The notes: generated from the sequence alone by a model not told the origin. A stretch of DNA of 45,769 nt from an uncultured Erysipelotrichaceae bacterium (GCA_902803285.1 CADCPC010000043.1:1-45769), one strand, 5' to 3'. Positions 8,883 through 19,000 are shown, counted from the stretch's first letter. Translations and numbers: made by a program.

Positions 8883-9929
8883 ATGAGTTTCAGATTTGAA
8901 AAACCAAAAACCGCTCAAGACTACATTGATATCGTCTTGAAGTGTATAGGACTAGCAATCTTAGTTACCTATTTCGTTTTCTTTTTTATCTCATTTGGTA
9001 GATTTACAAAAGGAGTTCCAACCGATTTCGATTTAGCGCTTTACTTATTCAGCGGTGCTGGAAATCCTAATCCTTGGATTAGATCCCTAAGCTTAATCTT
9101 ATTCATCTTATCCATTAGCTTTGTGGTTAGATTAATTCTTAAATTCTTTGCCAAGTTTTTAAAGAAAGGTGGAGCAGTCTTAAACTTATTAGCAAGCTTA
9201 ATTAAATACGCAGCAGTCATCGTTCTCATCTTCTTAGTGCTTGATGTCTTTGGAGTTAACTCTACTGCATTATTAGTCTCTGCTGGAGTTGTTTCCTTGG
9301 TCATAGGTCTTGGTGCTCAATCTCTTATCAGTGACGTTATTGCTGGTTTATTCATCGTCTTTGAAAACGTCTTTGATATCGGTGATATCATCGTTGTTGA
9401 TGGATTTAGAGGCACAGTTAAAGAAATCGGTGTTAGAACCACTCAAATCGTTGACTGGGCAGGAAATATTAAAGTTGTTAATAACTCTGACATCAGAGCG
9501 TTAGTCAATATGACTAGTGAATTATCAACTTCCTTCATTGAAATCTCTATTGAATATGGAGAATCCATTGAAAGAGTAGAAAACATTATTAAGAAGAATC
9601 TCGATAGAATTAAAGAAGCAGTACCAGATATTATTGATGGTCCTTACTATAAAGGTGTTTCCGCTTTAGGTGAATCAGGTGTCTCTTTAGCGTTTGTAGC
9701 AACTTGTAAAGAAACAGTTCGTTTCCAAGTTGAAAGAGATGTGAGACGTCAATTAAAACTCATCTTTGATGAGAACGATATTGGTATCCCATTCCCACAA
9801 GTGACAGTCAACCAACCAAAATCTTTCGTTTCTGCTACCAACAAAGAAAAGAGAGCAGCATCAGAATTTGTTGAGGAACAAAAAGAGTCTTCAAGAGACC
9901 TACCAGCAAGTCCAAACGAAATTAAATAA
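8883..9929 (+). CDS. Small-conductance mechanosensitive channel (MscS family)
   Basis: GLGAQSLISDVIAGLFIVFE..FDIGD, GTVKEIGVRTT, GIPFPQ; SD GGAGG. Confidence 0.93.
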   Translation: MSFRFEKPKTAQDYIDIVLKCIGLAILVTYFVFFFISFGRFTKGVPTDFDLALYLFSGAGNPNPWIRSLSLILFILSISFVVRLILKFFAKFLKKGGAVLNLLASLIKYAAVIVLIFLVLDVFGVNSTALLVSAGVVSLVIGLGAQSLISDVIAGLFIVFENVFDIGDIIVVDGFRGTVKEIGVRTTQIVDWAGNIKVVNNSDIRALVNMTSELSTSFIEISIEYGESIERVENIIKKNLDRIKEAVPDIIDGPYYKGVSALGESGVSLAFVATCKETVRFQVERDVRRQLKLIFDENDIGIPFPQVTVNQPKSFVSATNKEKRAASEFVEEQKESSRDLPASPNEIK

Positions 9930-9947
9930 GTAGTTTTATGGCTATAT

Positions 9948-9981
9948 AAAGTATCGCTTTCTCAGCGGTACTTTTTGTTTT
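9948..9981 (+). terminator. Intrinsic terminator
   Basis: AAAGTATCGCT/AGCGGTACTTT stem plus T-run. Confidence 0.8.
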
Positions 9982-10031
9982 GCCTTATTTCTATTTGTTA
10001 AATAGAAGCAAAAGTAATAGAATTATTTTGT

Positions 10032-11336
10032 ATGATTGCAAAGACTACGCATATTAGTGACAGTAAGAAAACCTTGATGGGTTCTTTACCTGCGATTAGA
10101 TTTACCAATGCGAAATATTTATTTTTAGCTATGGCTAACGCGAGATGTCCTAAAGCAGAGCTATATATCAAAGAAGGAGATCATGTGAATTCATGCCAAG
10201 TTATTGGTATGCGTCACGGCCCATTTTTTGATCAACCAATCCACGCGACTTGTTCAGGAACTTATGTTGGCTTAGAAAAGCATTATCATAGAAATGGTAA
10301 GCTCACTGATTTTATTAAGATTGAAAATGATTTCCAAAACACATTAGATCCTAGTGTCAAAGAAAGAACTCCAGAAGAGATTGCTTCTATTACAAAAGAA
10401 CAAATGGTGCAAATCCTTAAGGACTGTGCTTCTGTGGGACTAGGAGGTTCTTCTTTCCCAACATATGTTAAATTCCAAACTGATAAACCAATCAGCATGA
10501 TTTTAGTTAACGGAATTGAATGTGAACCATTTATTACCGCAGACCATAGATTAATGCTCGAATTCCCATATCGAGTGATGGAAGGCATTAAATACGCGAT
10601 GCATGCGCTTAACTGCAAACACGCGAAGATTTGTATCAAATCCAAATATAAAGATATCGCTGCAGTTTATAGACAAGTTATCAAAGAATATGAAGGTTCT
10701 GGCATTGAATTATGTTTAGTTGGTAACTACTATCCACAAGGTTGGGAAGTAGAGATGATTAGAAATGCGACAGGTATTCAACTTAATCCTGGTGAATTAC
10801 CTGCAAATAGGGGAATTATTGATTTTAACGTTTCTACAGCAGTCGGTATCTACAAAGCTGTTAGATATAACATGCCAGTTATTAAGAGATTTATTACTGT
10901 TAACGGAAACGGCATTAACTTCCCTAAGAACTTTAGAGTGTTAGTTGGAACTCCAATTAAAGACTTAATCCCACTTTGTGGTGGATATAAAAACCCTGAA
11001 AAAGAAAAACTATTTATCTTAGGTGGACCAATGATGGGAGCTTCCGTTCCTAGCGATGATTGTATCATCACTAAAACTGTGACTTCTATTATCATCATGG
11101 ATAAAACTGAATATAAAGAAGAACCATGTGTAAGATGTGGTAGCTGTGTTTTAAGTTGTCCTGCTCATCTTGAGCCGGTACAAATTATGAACGCGGTTAA
11201 AACATTAGATAAAGAGAGAATTAAGGCTCTCAATCCTTTGAAATGCGTAGAATGTGGCTTATGTACTTATTCTTGCACTTCAAAAATTCAAGTTACTGAT
11301 TACATCAGAAAGGCAAAGATGATCGCTAAGTTATGA
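10032..11336 (+). CDS. rnfC: Rnf complex subunit C
   Basis: VGLGGSSFPT, NGIECEPFITAD, YPQGWE, GGPMMG, two CxxCxxCxxxC clusters. Confidence 0.95.
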   Translation: MIAKTTHISDSKKTLMGSLPAIRFTNAKYLFLAMANARCPKAELYIKEGDHVNSCQVIGMRHGPFFDQPIHATCSGTYVGLEKHYHRNGKLTDFIKIENDFQNTLDPSVKERTPEEIASITKEQMVQILKDCASVGLGGSSFPTYVKFQTDKPISMILVNGIECEPFITADHRLMLEFPYRVMEGIKYAMHALNCKHAKICIKSKYKDIAAVYRQVIKEYEGSGIELCLVGNYYPQGWEVEMIRNATGIQLNPGELPANRGIIDFNVSTAVGIYKAVRYNMPVIKRFITVNGNGINFPKNFRVLVGTPIKDLIPLCGGYKNPEKEKLFILGGPMMGASVPSDDCIITKTVTSIIIMDKTEYKEEPCVRCGSCVLSCPAHLEPVQIMNAVKTLDKERIKALNPLKCVECGLCTYSCTSKIQVTDYIRKAKMIAKL

Positions 11337-12454
11337 CAATTGTTAAAGAGACTGCTCCACACTTACGAAGAAAAGCAACTGTCACTCGCATGATGGCGGA
11401 CGTTTTAATCGCCCTTGCACCGACATTAATTTTTGCTTTTGTTGTTTATCCTGTCCAAGCAGCGATTAATTTAGTTATTTCGTTATTCATAATGATTGGC
11501 GCTGAATTTGTTTATGTTGGCCTAAGAAATATGATGCCTAAAGATGGACAAAAACATTCTTTCAAAGAGAAGTTTGAATATTCTTATAAAGGCAAATACT
11601 CAATTAATAATGTTTTGACTCCTGCAATTACTGCAGTTATCTTTACTTTAGTAATTCCGCCAGGAGCTCCAATATATGCGGTCATTATTGGCGCATTAGT
11701 AGGCATTATTTTCGGCAAACTTGTCTTTGGTGGATTAGGTAGCAATATCTTTAATCCTGCCGCTGTTGGTATGCTATTTGCTAAGCTTTGCTTTGGCTCT
11801 CAATATATTACTTATGTTCCAACTTGGTTTTATCAAATTCCGGATGTGGCAGTAGGAGCAACTCCTCTTGCAATGATCAATGGTGGAGCATTCTCTCACA
11901 TTACTGAATATCCACTTCTTGATTTATTCATTGGTCGTATTCCAGGTACATTAGGTGAAGTTTATAAGATTACTATCTTAATTGGTTTAGTTTACTTATT
12001 AATTAGAAGAAGCATTGATTGGAGAATAGTGGTTTCCTATTTGGGAACATTCCTTGTTTTAATGCTTGTAGCAGGATTATCAATTTATGGATTAGATAAG
12101 AATGTTAATCCACTATATTTTGCGGTTTATAACTTATTAAGTGGTGGTGTCTTATTTGGAGCGGTCTTTATGTTAACCGATCCGGTAACGAGCCCAATTA
12201 ATTCACCAAGTAGAATAATGTTTGGTATGGTGGCGGCGATAGTGACTGTATTTATTCGTTTATTTGCTGCTTTACCAGAAGGCGTCGGATTCTCTATTTT
12301 AATCGCTAACATGGTCGCTTGTGTCTTAGACCATTATGAATGGAGTAGTTCTCGTTACAGTTGGAAGAAACTTTTAGGAATGGGATTATTAGTGGTAATT
12401 CCTGCTTTAGTCACATTCTTAGCAATATATTTTGGAGGTGTATATAATGTCTAG
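11333..12454 (+). CDS. rnfD: Rnf complex subunit D
   Basis: FGGLGSNIFNPA, GATPL, PGTLGE, FMLTDPVTSP, PEGV. Confidence 0.95.
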   Translation: MTIVKETAPHLRRKATVTRMMADVLIALAPTLIFAFVVYPVQAAINLVISLFIMIGAEFVYVGLRNMMPKDGQKHSFKEKFEYSYKGKYSINNVLTPAITAVIFTLVIPPGAPIYAVIIGALVGIIFGKLVFGGLGSNIFNPAAVGMLFAKLCFGSQYITYVPTWFYQIPDVAVGATPLAMINGGAFSHITEYPLLDLFIGRIPGTLGEVYKITILIGLVYLLIRRSIDWRIVVSYLGTFLVLMLVAGLSIYGLDKNVNPLYFAVYNLLSGGVLFGAVFMLTDPVTSPINSPSRIMFGMVAAIVTVFIRLFAALPEGVGFSILIANMVACVLDHYEWSSSRYSWKKLLGMGLLVVIPALVTFLAIYFGGVYNV

Positions 12455-12986
12455 CAAAAAACATTACATCATCACCTCTATTACATTAGGTCTTATTGGC
12501 GCGGCTAGCGCTGGTCTTATTGGCCTTAGCAACTTATTAACTAGAGATAGAATTGCTCGTAATGAAGCTAATAAAATCACGAGTGGCATTACTTCTATTT
12601 ATGGAGAAGATGCCTCAGTCAACAAAGAAGAAGACATTTCCGACCACAAATATGTTAACCATATTTATTACATTTATTCTGGAGAAACTTTGAAGGGATA
12701 CGCTTTTAAAACAAGTGGTTCTAATATGTACGGCAAGATTTCTTTGATCCTTGGCTTTGAAATCGAAGGAAATCTAACTCCTTTTGTTGGATTATCAATA
12801 GTTGTTAACGAGCAAACTTATGCGACAACACTAGTGGATAACTATGTCACTCCTGTTAACAACGGTCAAAGAGATTTAGATGATGTGAAGTGTGGTGCGA
12901 CATATGGAGCAACACTCATCAAAGATATGATTTATGAAGCAGCAGATGTTGCTCAAGCAAAATTAACGGTGAATAACAATGAGTAG
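12447..12986 (+). CDS. rnfG: Rnf complex subunit G (FMN-binding)
   Basis: N-terminal TM, GAT flavinylation motif, operon position; ATG 12447 after GGAGGTG. Confidence 0.85.
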   Translation: MSSKKHYIITSITLGLIGAASAGLIGLSNLLTRDRIARNEANKITSGITSIYGEDASVNKEEDISDHKYVNHIYYIYSGETLKGYAFKTSGSNMYGKISLILGFEIEGNLTPFVGLSIVVNEQTYATTLVDNYVTPVNNGQRDLDDVKCGATYGATLIKDMIYEAADVAQAKLTVNNNE

Positions 12987-13743
12987 GGAAAAGGGTTACA
13001 CAAAGAAGAACTTTCTTAAAGGCCTAATTGCTGAGAATCCATTATTTGTCTCCATCTTAGGTACTTGTCCTGCTTTAGCGACAACAAAGTCGATTGAAGC
13101 CGCTTTAGGTATGGGTTTATTATTCACTGTTGTTTTGATTTGTTCTAATATCCTAGTTTCTTTGTTAAGAAAACTTATTTCAGAGGAGATTAGAACCCCT
13201 GCTTATATCGTCATTATTGCGACATTCGTCACTATGGTCAAAATGATGACTAATGCTTTCTTGCCTGAACTATATTCAACATTAGGCGTGTTTATTTCCT
13301 TAATTGTTGTTAACTGTATTGTTTTAGGTAGAGCAGAAGCTTATGCGAGCAAGAATAATGTCTTTGATTCATTAATCGACGCTTTAGGTATGGGTATTGG
13401 TTATACCGTAGCATTATTAATCATGGCATTTTTCAGAGAAGTATTAGGCTCTGGAATGATTACATTTGGCACAATCTTTACCTTTATCCCTAAATTCTCT
13501 ATCCCAATCTTAAAATGTGTGAAAGATGGAGTGGTAATCTACGATTATTCCATTCAAATGTTCCAAAATCCAGCTGGTGCATTTATTGTCTTTGGTTTAA
13601 TCCTAGCGGTTATCGCTTTCGTTAAGAATAGAAAAGCAGAACTTAAAGCTTACCAAGAAAAACAAGAAAAACTTAAGAAAGCAGAAGCCGCTAGACTTGC
13701 TGCAGCTGCAAAGGCTAATGAAACTAGTGGAGGTGACAAATAA
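12979..13743 (+). CDS. rnfE: Rnf complex subunit E
   Basis: ENP....LGTCPALA, LIVVNCIVLGRAE, REVLG.G, PAGAF. Confidence 0.95.
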   Translation: MSREKGYTKKNFLKGLIAENPLFVSILGTCPALATTKSIEAALGMGLLFTVVLICSNILVSLLRKLISEEIRTPAYIVIIATFVTMVKMMTNAFLPELYSTLGVFISLIVVNCIVLGRAEAYASKNNVFDSLIDALGMGIGYTVALLIMAFFREVLGSGMITFGTIFTFIPKFSIPILKCVKDGVVIYDYSIQMFQNPAGAFIVFGLILAVIAFVKNRKAELKAYQEKQEKLKKAEAARLAAAAKANETSGGDK

Positions 13744-14342
13744 TGAGCATCTTTATTTCCTTTATCCTCGCAATATTGTCATCAATGTTAATTGATAATG
13801 TTGTTTTATCTAGATTCTATGGCATTTGTCCTTTCTTAGGCGTTTCTAAAAAGGTGAAATCTTCTTTAGGCATGGGGATTGCTGTTGTCTTTGTTATCGT
13901 CATTGCGACAGTTATTTGTTGGCCTTTATATACATATGTATTAGTCCCAGCAGGAATTGCTTTTATGGATACAGTAGCCTACATCCTAGTTATCGCTTCT
14001 TTAGTTCAACTAGTAGGCTTATTTATAAAGAAGAAGTCCCCTGCTTTATATGAATCATTAGGCATTTACCTACCTCTAATTACCACAAACTGTGCGGTTT
14101 TAGGAGTTGCACAATCTAATACAGATCAAGGTTTAACATTCTTAAACGCTTTAGCTAATGGAGTAGGAACTTCAATTGGCTTCTTACTTATCATCGTCAC
14201 TTTTAGCTGTGTGAGAACTAGACTTGAAAGTGCGAACACTCCAAAAGCATTTAAGGGATTACCTATTGCTTTGATTACCGCTGCTATCATGGCAATTGCT
14301 TTTATGGGATTACAAGGATTATTCTCAGGTATTAAATTATGA
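13743..14342 (+). CDS. rnfA: Rnf complex subunit A
   Basis: N.VL..F.GICPFLGVS, LGIYLPLITTNCAVLG, P.AF.GLPI. Confidence 0.95.
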   Translation: MSIFISFILAILSSMLIDNVVLSRFYGICPFLGVSKKVKSSLGMGIAVVFVIVIATVICWPLYTYVLVPAGIAFMDTVAYILVIASLVQLVGLFIKKKSPALYESLGIYLPLITTNCAVLGVAQSNTDQGLTFLNALANGVGTSIGFLLIIVTFSCVRTRLESANTPKAFKGLPIALITAAIMAIAFMGLQGLFSGIKL

Positions 14343-14533
14343 GTAGTGTTGGATATCTAATTCTCGCAATTGCTATACTTGTCATCTTATTAGCGACATT
14401 TATTATTTCTTTTGTCGCTTATCGTCGTACCCCTCTTCCAAAGGGTTGTGAACATCTTAAGATGGATGACCAAAAGTGTTCTTCTTGTGGACACAGTGAA
14501 TGTTCCTTCTACAAAGGAGAAGAAAAAGAATAA
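14339..14533 (+). CDS. 64-aa TM protein with a 4-Cys tail
   Basis: One TM then C-x8-CxxC-x4-C; ATGA overlap with rnfA stop. Confidence 0.7.
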   Translation: MSSVGYLILAIAILVILLATFIISFVAYRRTPLPKGCEHLKMDDQKCSSCGHSECSFYKGEEKE

Positions 14534-14535
14534 TT

Positions 14536-14853
14536 ATGGAAATATTGTGGGCTGTACTCGTCTTACTTGGACTTGGATTACTTCTCGGCTTAGGTTTAGC
14601 AATTGCCGCAAAACTTTTATATGTCAAAGAAGATGAGAGAATTGATGAAGTCGCTAAAAAGCTTCCTAATTATAACTGTGGTAGTTGTGGCTACGCTGGT
14701 TGTCGCGCTTTAGCGGAAGCAGTGATCAAAGGCAAAGAAGATAACATTAGAAAATGTAAACCAGGCAAAGAAGATCTCAACTTCAAACCAATTATTGAAT
14801 ATCTTAATGAACATCCAAATGAGGATGGTACTAAAGTGAAAATTCGTCCATAA
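14536..14853 (+). CDS. rnfB: Short RnfB (TM + N-terminal Fe-S domain only)
   Basis: V.EDERI...LP..NCGSCGYAGC..LA...C.PG; stops before any ferredoxin domain. Confidence 0.85.
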   Translation: MEILWAVLVLLGLGLLLGLGLAIAAKLLYVKEDERIDEVAKKLPNYNCGSCGYAGCRALAEAVIKGKEDNIRKCKPGKEDLNFKPIIEYLNEHPNEDGTKVKIRP

Positions 14854-14855
14854 GT

Positions 14856-15815
14856 ATGAAAATTAATCGTTTATTATCATTGTTATCTATCGCTATTCTC
14901 ACATCTTGTTCATCTGGCAAAAACTATCTTGATGGCAAGGTTTTTTGTTTTAATACTATCGTTCAAAGCATTCTCTATGAAGGTAACAATAATAATATTA
15001 CCGATATTAAAAATATCTTACTTGAATATGACGCTTTGACTGATAACTATGCAAAAAGAACTGGCATCAATAATGTTTACACCATTAACAACAGCGAAGA
15101 AGCAGTGGAAGTTGATCCTAAACTATATAACATTCTTTCCAAATGCATGGAAGTATCTCAAAAATATGAACTATTTAATCCTCTATGTGGTTCACTAGCA
15201 AAAAAATGGAAGAGCGCTTTAGCAAATAAACAAATATTAGATGAAGCAACCATTAATGAAGAATTAGAGAAGATTAAAAACTCCACTTTAGTGCTTGGAG
15301 AAAATAACACTGTGCAAATTATTGGAGAAGCCGAACTTGACTTAGGAGCGGTCGCAAAAGGATACGCTAACGATATAATTCGTGATTATTTGGCTACTAG
15401 TAGCATTACTAAGTATCTTATTAATTCTGGTGTATCTTCTGTTTTAGCTGGCGAAAAGAATAACACAGATGGTTTATATAATGTAGGATTACCACTCGTT
15501 GTAAAACGTGAATATTTTAAAGCCAAGAACATATTTATTTCCACAAGTGGAAATTACGAACAAGGTGTTGAGATTGAAGGTAAGACTTACTCTCATATCG
15601 TTAATCCAATTACAGGAAGCGCTTTGAACACGAATGATGCGGTGGTCGTGCTATCTGATTCTGGATATTTAGGAGATATCTATTCCACGTTATTAATGAT
15701 GTATGATATCGATGATATCAAGACTTTCGAACAAGAAGAAAACGTTAAAACAATTGTGATTAGAGGGACAGAAATTGTCTATCATCACCCAGATATTGAG
15801 GTCTTAACTCATTAA
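14856..15815 (+). CDS. apbE: FAD:protein FMN transferase lipoprotein
   Basis: Lipobox LTSC; DLGAVAKGY, STSGNYE, HIVNP..G. Confidence 0.93.
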   Translation: MKINRLLSLLSIAILTSCSSGKNYLDGKVFCFNTIVQSILYEGNNNNITDIKNILLEYDALTDNYAKRTGINNVYTINNSEEAVEVDPKLYNILSKCMEVSQKYELFNPLCGSLAKKWKSALANKQILDEATINEELEKIKNSTLVLGENNTVQIIGEAELDLGAVAKGYANDIIRDYLATSSITKYLINSGVSSVLAGEKNNTDGLYNVGLPLVVKREYFKAKNIFISTSGNYEQGVEIEGKTYSHIVNPITGSALNTNDAVVVLSDSGYLGDIYSTLLMMYDIDDIKTFEQEENVKTIVIRGTEIVYHHPDIEVLTH

Positions 15816-16189
15816 TGGATAAAACCAAACTTCGTAATGACATTATTCTTATTTTGTCTCTACTTTTAGTGGCGGCAGTGACTTTAATTGTGTTATTAAC
15901 AAGAACTACTCCTGGGAAAAAAACGGCCCATATTTCGGTGTCTAATCAAGAAGTAGAAGTTGTCGATTTATCTAAAAACGAAGATAAAGAATATTTAATT
16001 AATGGCACAAATGGCGTTTTGCATGTCCATACGCATGAAGGGGCAATTGCAGTTATTGAGTCTAACTGCCCTCATCAAGACTGTGTCCATATGGGCTATA
16101 TAAGTGAAGCTGGTCGTTCTATTGTTTGTATATATAACCAAGTTATTATCACGATTGATGGCGAACCAATAAATGATGTGGAGCTATAA
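15815..16189 (+). CDS. NusG domain II-containing membrane protein
   Basis: N-terminal TM; SNCP..DCV.MG.I......IVC; usual position between apbE and Gx transporter. Confidence 0.85.
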   Translation: MDKTKLRNDIILILSLLLVAAVTLIVLLTRTTPGKKTAHISVSNQEVEVVDLSKNEDKEYLINGTNGVLHVHTHEGAIAVIESNCPHQDCVHMGYISEAGRSIVCIYNQVIITIDGEPINDVEL

Positions 16190-16190
16190 G

Positions 16191-16709
16191 ATGAAAGTTC
16201 AAAAGATTGCTCTGCTTGGTGTATTGACCGCTGCGACAATAGTTATCGCGATTGCTGAAAGTTTTATTCCTTCAATTGGTATTCCAGGAGTAAAGCTTGG
16301 TTTGGCTAATATTATGATATTAGTGACTTTATATGAGCTTGGTATATTAGAAGCAATATTAGTGAATATATTCCGTGTTCTAGTGGTGGGACTAGTTAGA
16401 GGAACATTCTTATCGATGGGCTTTTTAATGTCTCTTACAGGAGCGGTATTATCATTAGCGGTAATGATTCTCTTCTATCTACTTATTAAAAAATTCTCCA
16501 TCATTGGAGTGAGTGTCATAGGTTCTGTTTTTCATGTATTTGGGCAAATCATTATTGCGATGATTTTTATGGGCACTGCTTATATATTGTTCTACCTACC
16601 AATTATTGCGATCTCCGCAATTATCACTGGAGTATTAGTAGGAATTGCCGCTAAATTGATAATTAGAACTGGTGTAATCAAAAAACAGAAAGAGAAATAT
16701 GATTTCTAA
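16191..16709 (+). CDS. Gx transporter / 'heptaprenyl diphosphate synthase component I' family membrane protein
   Basis: E..IP..IPGVKLGLAN, SIIGVSV.G...H..GQ. Confidence 0.88.
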   Translation: MKVQKIALLGVLTAATIVIAIAESFIPSIGIPGVKLGLANIMILVTLYELGILEAILVNIFRVLVVGLVRGTFLSMGFLMSLTGAVLSLAVMILFYLLIKKFSIIGVSVIGSVFHVFGQIIIAMIFMGTAYILFYLPIIAISAIITGVLVGIAAKLIIRTGVIKKQKEKYDF

Positions 16710-16735
16710 AATAAAAACGCACCATATGATGCGTT
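16708..16735 (-). terminator. Terminator of the minus-strand acyl operon (possibly bidirectional)
   Basis: On the minus strand AACGCATCA/TGGTGCGTT followed by TTTATTTT. Confidence 0.65.
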
Positions 16736-17429
16736 AATTGAATTTGGCTTCGAAGTATTTACTTTTGAAGTAGTAATTATCATCGATTTGCTCGTATTCA
16801 TAAGCGAATTTTTTATTAATAGGAATCTCTTTCTTAAATAGAATAGTGATTTCTTTGAAATCTAATGAATCTCCATTAGCGTATATTGTGTCACACATAA
16901 TACTCATATAGTGTGTGTTACTTAAGTGTCCGTTGATGTCCACTAATGAATAGTTTGCGGTGTAAATCTTTTTATTATGGAGTTCCGGTACTTTAAGCTT
17001 TACTACAGGAATAACGTCTGTAGGATTCATTTCTCCATTAATGATGATGCCGTTTTCTGCTGGATCAATAAATTGACGGGTGTTCTTATCGATTAATGAC
17101 CATAAGGCATTTGCTCTAATCAAGACTTCACCTGCTTCGTTTTTAACAATAATATTACGAGGGAAGAAGTAGTGGAGAGTCATTCCAGGAGTGCATTCTA
17201 AGATGATGTTTTCATCATATTCAGGCATTCTGTTTATAAGGATGTGTTCAGAAATGATGACCCACAAGAATCCTTTATCTAGTGTTTTGTCTCTGCCCAT
17301 CCCTAGTTCTTCAGTATGAGCGATACAACACTGCTGAAAAAGGTTCATAAAAGAAGAGAAGGTCATCTTCTTTCTATAATCCACTAGTTCAGATCTAACG
17401 TTAAGTTTTCTAATATAAACTTCGTTCAT
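16734..17429 (-). CDS. Acyl-ACP thioesterase (FatA/B-like double hotdog)
   Basis: V...VD, FQ.....H...LG, W.I......I.R.P, D.NGH..N..Y. Confidence 0.88.
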   Translation of the reverse strand: MNEVYIRKLNVRSELVDYRKKMTFSSFMNLFQQCCIAHTEELGMGRDKTLDKGFLWVIISEHILINRMPEYDENIILECTPGMTLHYFFPRNIIVKNEAGEVLIRANALWSLIDKNTRQFIDPAENGIIINGEMNPTDVIPVVKLKVPELHNKKIYTANYSLVDINGHLSNTHYMSIMCDTIYANGDSLDFKEITILFKKEIPINKKFAYEYEQIDDNYYFKSKYFEAKFN

Positions 17430-17674
17430 TATTTAAGTTCTTTTTGAATTGCGTCTAAAACATCACCAAAGGTGAGCATCTTTTCCCATTTACGATGTGG
17501 GATTTTAATATTGAATTCAGCTTCGATTCTGCACATGACATAGACGAAAGTCATTGAATCAACACCAGCGTCGTTATTAATTCTTGTGTCTTCTTTGAGT
17601 TCAACATCTTCAAATCCAGGTAGACATGTTTGAACGATGATTTGGGTTTTCTTGGCGATTTCTTCTCTTGTCAT
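17429..17674 (-). CDS. Acyl carrier protein
   Basis: 81 aa; GVDSM phosphopantetheine site; IE.EF.I.I; T.GD. Confidence 0.9.
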   Translation of the reverse strand: MTREEIAKKTQIIVQTCLPGFEDVELKEDTRINNDAGVDSMTFVYVMCRIEAEFNIKIPHRKWEKMLTFGDVLDAIQKELK

Positions 17675-17677
17675 TTG

Positions 17678-19000
17678 TTAATCCTCAACTTTAATTAAAT
17701 ATTTCATAACCTTTCCTGTTCCAGTTCTTGGAAGTTTATCTTTTGCGTAGATAATTTTCTCAATCTTGTGAGAACGGGATTGGGTTTTATTGAACTCGTC
17801 TACGATGTTTTCTACATCAATAGGCTTGTATATATACAATATTACTTGTCCTTTAGCATTTTGTAAAATGCAGAAATCACATCCTGGACCTAATAGTGAT
17901 AATAATTTAGCCTCATATTCTGGGATATATAATTTGCTACCATCGCCAAAGACCAATATTTCCTTTTTACGACCAGTAATGAATAGACAACCATCTTCTA
18001 TTTTTCCTAAATCACCAGTGTGGAGCTCTCCGTCAATCAAAGTGGCTTCAGTGGACTTAGGATCGTTATAATAACCTTTCATTAAAGTGGTGTTGCTTTT
18101 AACGATGATTTCTCCATCTTCTGCGATTCTAACTTTATAATCAGGGCAGATGGACATCGCTCTTGGATTATCATGCAATGATAAGGCAATACCAGAACTA
18201 GATTCAGTTAAACCATATCCATATGATAATCTAATACCTAACGCTTTAATCGCATTGATAGTCATATCATCACATGAACCTGCACCGATAAGAATTAATG
18301 ATAGTTCGTTATTGAATAATTTATTGAACACTAAGAATTTTGCCATTTCTGGAACTAGAGTGGTGACAGTTGGTTTATATAAAGCAAAATCAGTAAAGAT
18401 TTGTCTTAAACCATTGCCTAAACAGACAGTTGCACCAAATGAGATTGGCCATAGTATAGAACACACTAACCCAAAGACATGTGATAGTGGCAGAACCGCT
18501 AATAATTTGTCTTCTTTAGTAAGCGGCAATAATGAACCACCGTTAAAAGTAGCGTTACATAGTGTTTGCTCAGTTAAAACGACAGCCTTAGATTCACTTG
18601 TTGTACCACTAGTGAAGAATAAAATATCTTTATCTTCAGTGTGATAGTTAACTTCTAAGTGAGGGGTAAGAATATCTCTTAATTCTTCATCGCCAAATAA
18701 AATATGCCCAACATGAGTGGCTTTAATCTTTTTGATGAGTGATTCTTCTCTTTCGTTAGGGTCTAAGATAATTAATTGTTTCTTACTTGCTAAAGCGAAT
18801 AAGGCAATAATGCTTTCGATATTATTAGAAATAAATAGACCAACAACATCTTCTTTTGGAAGAGGATATTTATGTACTTTTTCAAGTAATTCTCCATAGG
18901 AGATTGATGCGATTTGTCCTTCTTTTAGATAGGAAAAAATGCAATCGTTAGATTCTTGTGCACTGATGAGCTCAGAAAAGCTTTTAAAACGTTTTATCAT
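17678..19000 (-). CDS. Long-chain fatty-acid adenylating enzyme (acyl-CoA/acyl-ACP synthetase)
   Basis: FTSGTTSESK, YGYGLTE, HTGDLG, GRKKE, LPRT.TGK; ATG at 19000 preferred. Confidence 0.9.
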   Translation of the reverse strand: MIKRFKSFSELISAQESNDCIFSYLKEGQIASISYGELLEKVHKYPLPKEDVVGLFISNNIESIIALFALASKKQLIILDPNEREESLIKKIKATHVGHILFGDEELRDILTPHLEVNYHTEDKDILFFTSGTTSESKAVVLTEQTLCNATFNGGSLLPLTKEDKLLAVLPLSHVFGLVCSILWPISFGATVCLGNGLRQIFTDFALYKPTVTTLVPEMAKFLVFNKLFNNELSLILIGAGSCDDMTINAIKALGIRLSYGYGLTESSSGIALSLHDNPRAMSICPDYKVRIAEDGEIIVKSNTTLMKGYYNDPKSTEATLIDGELHTGDLGKIEDGCLFITGRKKEILVFGDGSKLYIPEYEAKLLSLLGPGCDFCILQNAKGQVILYIYKPIDVENIVDEFNKTQSRSHKIEKIIYAKDKLPRTGTGKVMKYLIKVED

